A stretch of DNA of 17,658 nucleotides from a virus (Duplodnaviria; Heunggongvirae; Uroviricota; Caudoviricetes): positions 1-17,658 of the IMG/VR virus record IMGVR_UViG_2671180727_000013; one strand, given 5' to 3'. The notes beneath the pieces are model-generated. The model searched no databases, was not told the origin of the DNA, and saw only the letters and a program-made list of their open reading frames with translations. The translations under genes were made by a program, and so were the position numbers. Shown here one piece after another: positions 13,234 through 17,658 of the stretch (within the stretch, counting starts at the first letter, position 1; every line of letters begins with the position of its first letter).

Positions 13234-15549
13234 TCAGATTTTGCAGGCTCCGTCGCACTCATCTTCTGGCTCGACGGCTACAGCTTGCGTCAGTGGATTC
13301 TGCGGTTCGTCGTCATCACGCTTTCCTGCCCCATCTCTGGTGTTGTGGTAGTAAAGCGTTTTAACTCCCATCTTGTAGGCGAGAAGCAAATCTGACAGTA
13401 GCGTCATCATTGGGACTTTATCGCCTTCAAAGCGAGAAGGGTCATAGTTGGTATTGGCTGAAATAGCCTGGTCAAAGAACTTCTGGATGATCGCCACCTT
13501 TGTCAGATAGCCGCGGTTGTCCGGCATATCCCACAGGTATTCATACTGTTCCTTCAGTTTTTCAAACTCAGGCACGACCATCTTAACGATGCCGTCCTTA
13601 GAAGATTTCACTGACACCGGGCCACGAGGCGGTTCGATGCCGTTGGTGGAATTAGTGATCTGGCTGGAAGTCTCGCATGGCATTTGTGCCGTCAGTGTGG
13701 AGTTGCGAAGGCCGTATTTTGCAATACGTTCACGCAGTTCTTCCCACGGCATCTTTAACTCAAAGTTGGTTTCGCCACTTTCGTCTAATGAAGAACGGTA
13801 ATGGTCGATCGGCAACTGACCAATTGCGTACTTGGTCTGCTCAAACCAGTCACACTCACCTTTTGCTTCAGCAAGTCGGCAGCTGGCATCAAGAAGGTAA
13901 TACTGGATAGCTTCGAACGTTTCATGCACCAGTTTATTGCCAGCGGTATCAGAATAACGAACGCCATTCTTTGCCAGGTAATAAGCAAAGTTGGTTACAC
14001 CAATTCCCAAGCTACGACGAGCTTTGGCAGGCACTTCGGCTGCCTCCATCGGATAGTCTTGATAATCCAGTAACGAATCCAGTGCAGCAACGGCATAGAA
14101 CGCCACCTCTTTAAGAGACTCCAGTGAACGGATGGCTCCGAGGTTAAAAGCGGATAAAGTGCATAGCGCGATCTCACCGTTCGGGTCGTCGGTAAATGCC
14201 AGTGGACGAGTGGGTAGAGTGATCTCCATGCACAGGTTTGACTGGCGAACAGGTGCAAGAGCAGGAATGAAAGCGCCATGCTCGTTAATATGATCGACGT
14301 TCGCAATATAAATTCGGCCCGTGGACGCTCGTTCCTGCATCAGAGATGAGAACAGCTCAATGGCAGGTACTGACTTCTTGCGAATTGAATCATCGGCTTC
14401 GTATTTATGGTACAGCTTTTCAAACAGCTCCTGGTCTGTGAAGAAGGCTTCGTACATATCAGGCACATCATGCGGGCTGAACAGAGTGATGTTCTCGCTT
14501 CTGACGAGTCGACGGTACATTAGACGGTTACTCATGACGCCGTAATCAAGATGGCGAACGCGGTTTTCATCAATACCACGGTTATTTTTCACCACCAGCA
14601 GACTTTCAACTTCAAGATGCCAGATCGGGTAAAACGCTGTTGCTGCGCCACCACGAACACCACCTTGCGAACAAGATTTAACAGCCGTCTGGAAATGCTT
14701 CAGGAATGGAATAACTCCGGTATGGGTGGCTTCACCATTGCGGATCTCGCTGCCCAGCGCACGGATACGGCCAAAACCAATACCAATTCCAGCACGACGT
14801 GAAACGTAGTCGATAATTGCGGCTGAAGCTGCACTAATCCCTTTCAGACTATCGCCAGACTCAATCAGCACACAACTGGAGAACTGACGGGTTGGAGTAC
14901 GGACGCCGGCCATGATTGGTGTGGGCAGAGACAGTTTGAACGTACTTGTAACGTCATAGAAACCTTTGACCATCTCCATACGTGTTTTGCCAGCGCAGTC
15001 GTCTTCCCAATTCTGGAACAGACACATGCCTACCAGCATATAGATATGTTGCGGCCCCTCATGAATCTCACCAGTAACACGGTTTTGAACGAGGTATTTG
15101 CTTTGCAATTGCACCGTAGCCGCATAGCCAAAAAGATCGTCACGTTTAGGCTTAATGTAATTGCCGAGTTCTTCGATCTCTTCAAATGAATAATGTGTCA
15201 GCAAATCCTTGTCATAAACGCCCTTGTTAACGTTCTTGACAATGTGTTGGTAGAAGTTCGGATAGTCGTAACGACCGAAGGCATCTTTGCGGATTTTAAA
15301 AATGTTCAGGCGGGCAGCCACCTGCGAGTAATTTGGTGCATCTGGTGAGATCAAATCAGCGGCAGATTTAACCAAAGCCTCATGCAACTGGCTGGTGGTA
15401 ATCCCATCAAAAATGCTGGCCGCAGCTCCCATTGCTACAGCGGATGCGCTTACGCCACGAATGCCTTCTACGCCATACATTACGACGCGGTTGTATTTTT
15501 CTTCGGATAACGGCTCTGTTTGGCCGTTACGTTTTACGATGCTTATCAT
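13234..15549 (-). CDS. nrdA: ribonucleotide reductase class Ia large (alpha) subunit
   Basis: 771 aa, collinear with E. coli NrdA from the ATP-cone region (VKRNGQTEP) to the C-terminal CxxxxGACKI tail; many near-identical blocks (QNRVTGEI, PTPIMAGVRTPTRQFSSCVLIE, SCSQGGVRGGAAT, NLCMEI, ALCTLSAFNLG). Confidence 0.95.
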   Translation of the reverse strand: MISIVKRNGQTEPLSEEKYNRVVMYGVEGIRGVSASAVAMGAAASIFDGITTSQLHEALVKSAADLISPDAPNYSQVAARLNIFKIRKDAFGRYDYPNFYQHIVKNVNKGVYDKDLLTHYSFEEIEELGNYIKPKRDDLFGYAATVQLQSKYLVQNRVTGEIHEGPQHIYMLVGMCLFQNWEDDCAGKTRMEMVKGFYDVTSTFKLSLPTPIMAGVRTPTRQFSSCVLIESGDSLKGISAASAAIIDYVSRRAGIGIGFGRIRALGSEIRNGEATHTGVIPFLKHFQTAVKSCSQGGVRGGAATAFYPIWHLEVESLLVVKNNRGIDENRVRHLDYGVMSNRLMYRRLVRSENITLFSPHDVPDMYEAFFTDQELFEKLYHKYEADDSIRKKSVPAIELFSSLMQERASTGRIYIANVDHINEHGAFIPALAPVRQSNLCMEITLPTRPLAFTDDPNGEIALCTLSAFNLGAIRSLESLKEVAFYAVAALDSLLDYQDYPMEAAEVPAKARRSLGIGVTNFAYYLAKNGVRYSDTAGNKLVHETFEAIQYYLLDASCRLAEAKGECDWFEQTKYAIGQLPIDHYRSSLDESGETNFELKMPWEELRERIAKYGLRNSTLTAQMPCETSSQITNSTNGIEPPRGPVSVKSSKDGIVKMVVPEFEKLKEQYEYLWDMPDNRGYLTKVAIIQKFFDQAISANTNYDPSRFEGDKVPMMTLLSDLLLAYKMGVKTLYYHNTRDGAGKRDDDEPQNPLTQAVAVEPEDECDGACKI

Positions 15550-15552
15550 GTA

Positions 15553-15588
15553 TCACCAAATAAAGAGGGCCACTATATTTAGTGGCCC
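15553..15588 (-). terminator. intrinsic terminator between the RuvC-like gene and nrdA
   Basis: 9-bp stem GGGCCACTA/TAGTGGCCC with 4-nt loop (15567..15588), followed on the minus strand by TCTTTATTTGG. Confidence 0.6.
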
Positions 15589-15613
15589 ATGTTAATAGAT
15601 AAGCACTTACCTA

Positions 15614-16192
15614 TCAATGAGATCTAATGAGAGACTTGAGAACATCGCGCACCTGGCGAAACTGATCTGTTTGCATACCGGTATGGATGGCAGCCACCGC
15701 ATCAGCCAAATGTTCGTTTTTGTTCACGAGAACATCCTGTCCAGATTGCTTACGACGCAGCCACGGTGCTTTAGGGTGTTTTTTCGTAGCCCACTGGATA
15801 ATCTCTTCTTTCGATGTAGTAAGTTTATTGCCAACAAAATGCTTGATTTCGTTTGGAGTAACCTGGATCAATGGCTTATCTACGCACGCAAGTACACCGA
15901 TGCAAATACCGTAAGACGTCTGCGAACGAGAGTTTTGGCTCCCAACCGGTAGCTCACAAAAAACCATATTTGCCTTATCAATGATTGGCTTCGCAACACG
16001 CCATATTTCACTGGCACGGCGCAGATCGTCACTGTTCACACGAACGGTCTTTTTGTTACTCCCCGCTTTAGTCTCAACAAGAGTAAGGCCGTGAATCTCA
16101 AGTTCGTCCGTTTCAAGGTCTAAAGTGCCCACAGCAAGCCCAAAGTTGCTCATAGAGGGATCAACACCAACTACGCTGATTTTTTTACTCAT
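15614..16192 (-). CDS. RuvC-like Holliday-junction resolvase (RNase H-fold nuclease)
   Basis: N-terminal ISVVGVDPSMSNFGLAV (RuvC/YqgF-type first strand with catalytic Asp), CELPVG (Glu), C-terminal HLADAVAAIH; GGAGA SD directly after the upstream stop. Confidence 0.55.
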   Translation of the reverse strand: MSKKISVVGVDPSMSNFGLAVGTLDLETDELEIHGLTLVETKAGSNKKTVRVNSDDLRRASEIWRVAKPIIDKANMVFCELPVGSQNSRSQTSYGICIGVLACVDKPLIQVTPNEIKHFVGNKLTTSKEEIIQWATKKHPKAPWLRRKQSGQDVLVNKNEHLADAVAAIHTGMQTDQFRQVRDVLKSLIRSH

Positions 16193-16201
16193 ATAGTCTC
16201 C

Positions 16202-16934
16202 TTACCATGTTCCCCATATAGGGTTTTCCAATAATCTCGCCTCCAACGAATTGGCTACTATTGCCGTTTGCAACGTTGGTTGGGGATAGTTTGCAAAGTC
16301 TGAATACTCATTTTCCTGCGTGACACGTTTATCTACGGCATGTTTAACGCCACTTGCTATGAAATGACGCATGATGCCCAACAGCCTCCGACTGTCTGCA
16401 CTATCGTTTGCTAAAACATGAGGGAGCTGAAGTTCGATTTCTACCATTTCTCCATACTTACCAACAAACTGTAGTTTGTCCGCACTGTACTTTTTATCCC
16501 TCCTTTGGATAAGGAAACCAGTAAAAGCATCACCTGGCGATGCCAAACTATCCACCCGCTTATTGGCAAGTCGAATAAGGTTCGTGAAAGCCATACAGAG
16601 ATGCGCATCCATTGCCCCAAAGAACCCTTCGCTATCAATGTTAAGATCTTCAGTTTCATGGGTTGCGATAAACCCAGGCCCGACGTTGGGGAGATATCCC
16701 CCCTCAACAAAAGGATTAATCAGGATCGGCGCAATACATCCAGGTGGTAGTGATTTCAAACTTTGCATCAATGGCGTCTCGGATATTAGACCAAGCAACG
16801 CGGCGAATTGTACTCCGTCAATATTGTTGCTGCCCCACAGAATACGTGGAGCCGCACCATTGGAAGTATGCCCATTGATCAGTTTTATCGACTGCATCAC
16901 TGCAAATACCTGCAAAAACTGCGAGCGGCTTAAT

Positions 16935-16945
<11 letters not shown>
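16202..16945 (-). CDS. hypothetical protein (247 aa), translationally coupled between the ATPase lobe and the RuvC-like gene
   Basis: ATG at 16945 lies 11 nt inside the upstream ORF; no motif of a known nuclease or phosphoesterase family recognised. Confidence 0.5.

Positions 16946-17658
<713 letters not shown>

Noticed and set aside
9763-15549. Group I introns or inteins in thyA, nrdB or nrdA, as known for T4-type td, nrdB and nrdD
   Set aside because: All three reading frames are continuous and collinear with bacterial homologues at expected spacing of catalytic motifs. The extra length of thymidylate synthase is in-frame protein insertion, too short and lacking intein terminal motifs.

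Overview
All recognisable genes in this 17.7-kb window lie on the minus strand as a tightly packed array (ATGA / TAATG stop-start overlaps, short spacers, hairpin terminators after several genes). The identifiable core is a phage-type DNA-precursor and DNA-processing module: class Ia ribonucleotide reductase NrdA and NrdB, a thymidylate synthase with large insertions, dihydrofolate reductase, a P-loop kinase, an RNase HI-like protein, a phage Dam-family N6-adenine methyltransferase, a DnaQ-like DEDDh exonuclease and a RuvC-like resolvase. Around these sit unassigned small proteins, a TerB-like protein and a very acidic protein. The left edge (1..100) is the end of an IS3-family insertion sequence that fuses onto the 3' end of the last gene, so the locus probably sits in a bacterial replicon (prophage or phage-plasmid) rather than a free virulent phage; that is inference. 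The most striking non-coding signal is a 23-nt near-palindromic cassette followed by a conserved leader, present three times immediately upstream of start codons. Other points of interest are a ~580-bp ORF-free, repeat-rich structured region upstream of the RNase H gene, and an ABC/SMC-type ATPase C-terminal lobe with no Walker A at the right edge. No rRNA, convincing tRNA or CRISPR array was found. All protein calls rest on motifs read by eye from the translations, not on database searches.
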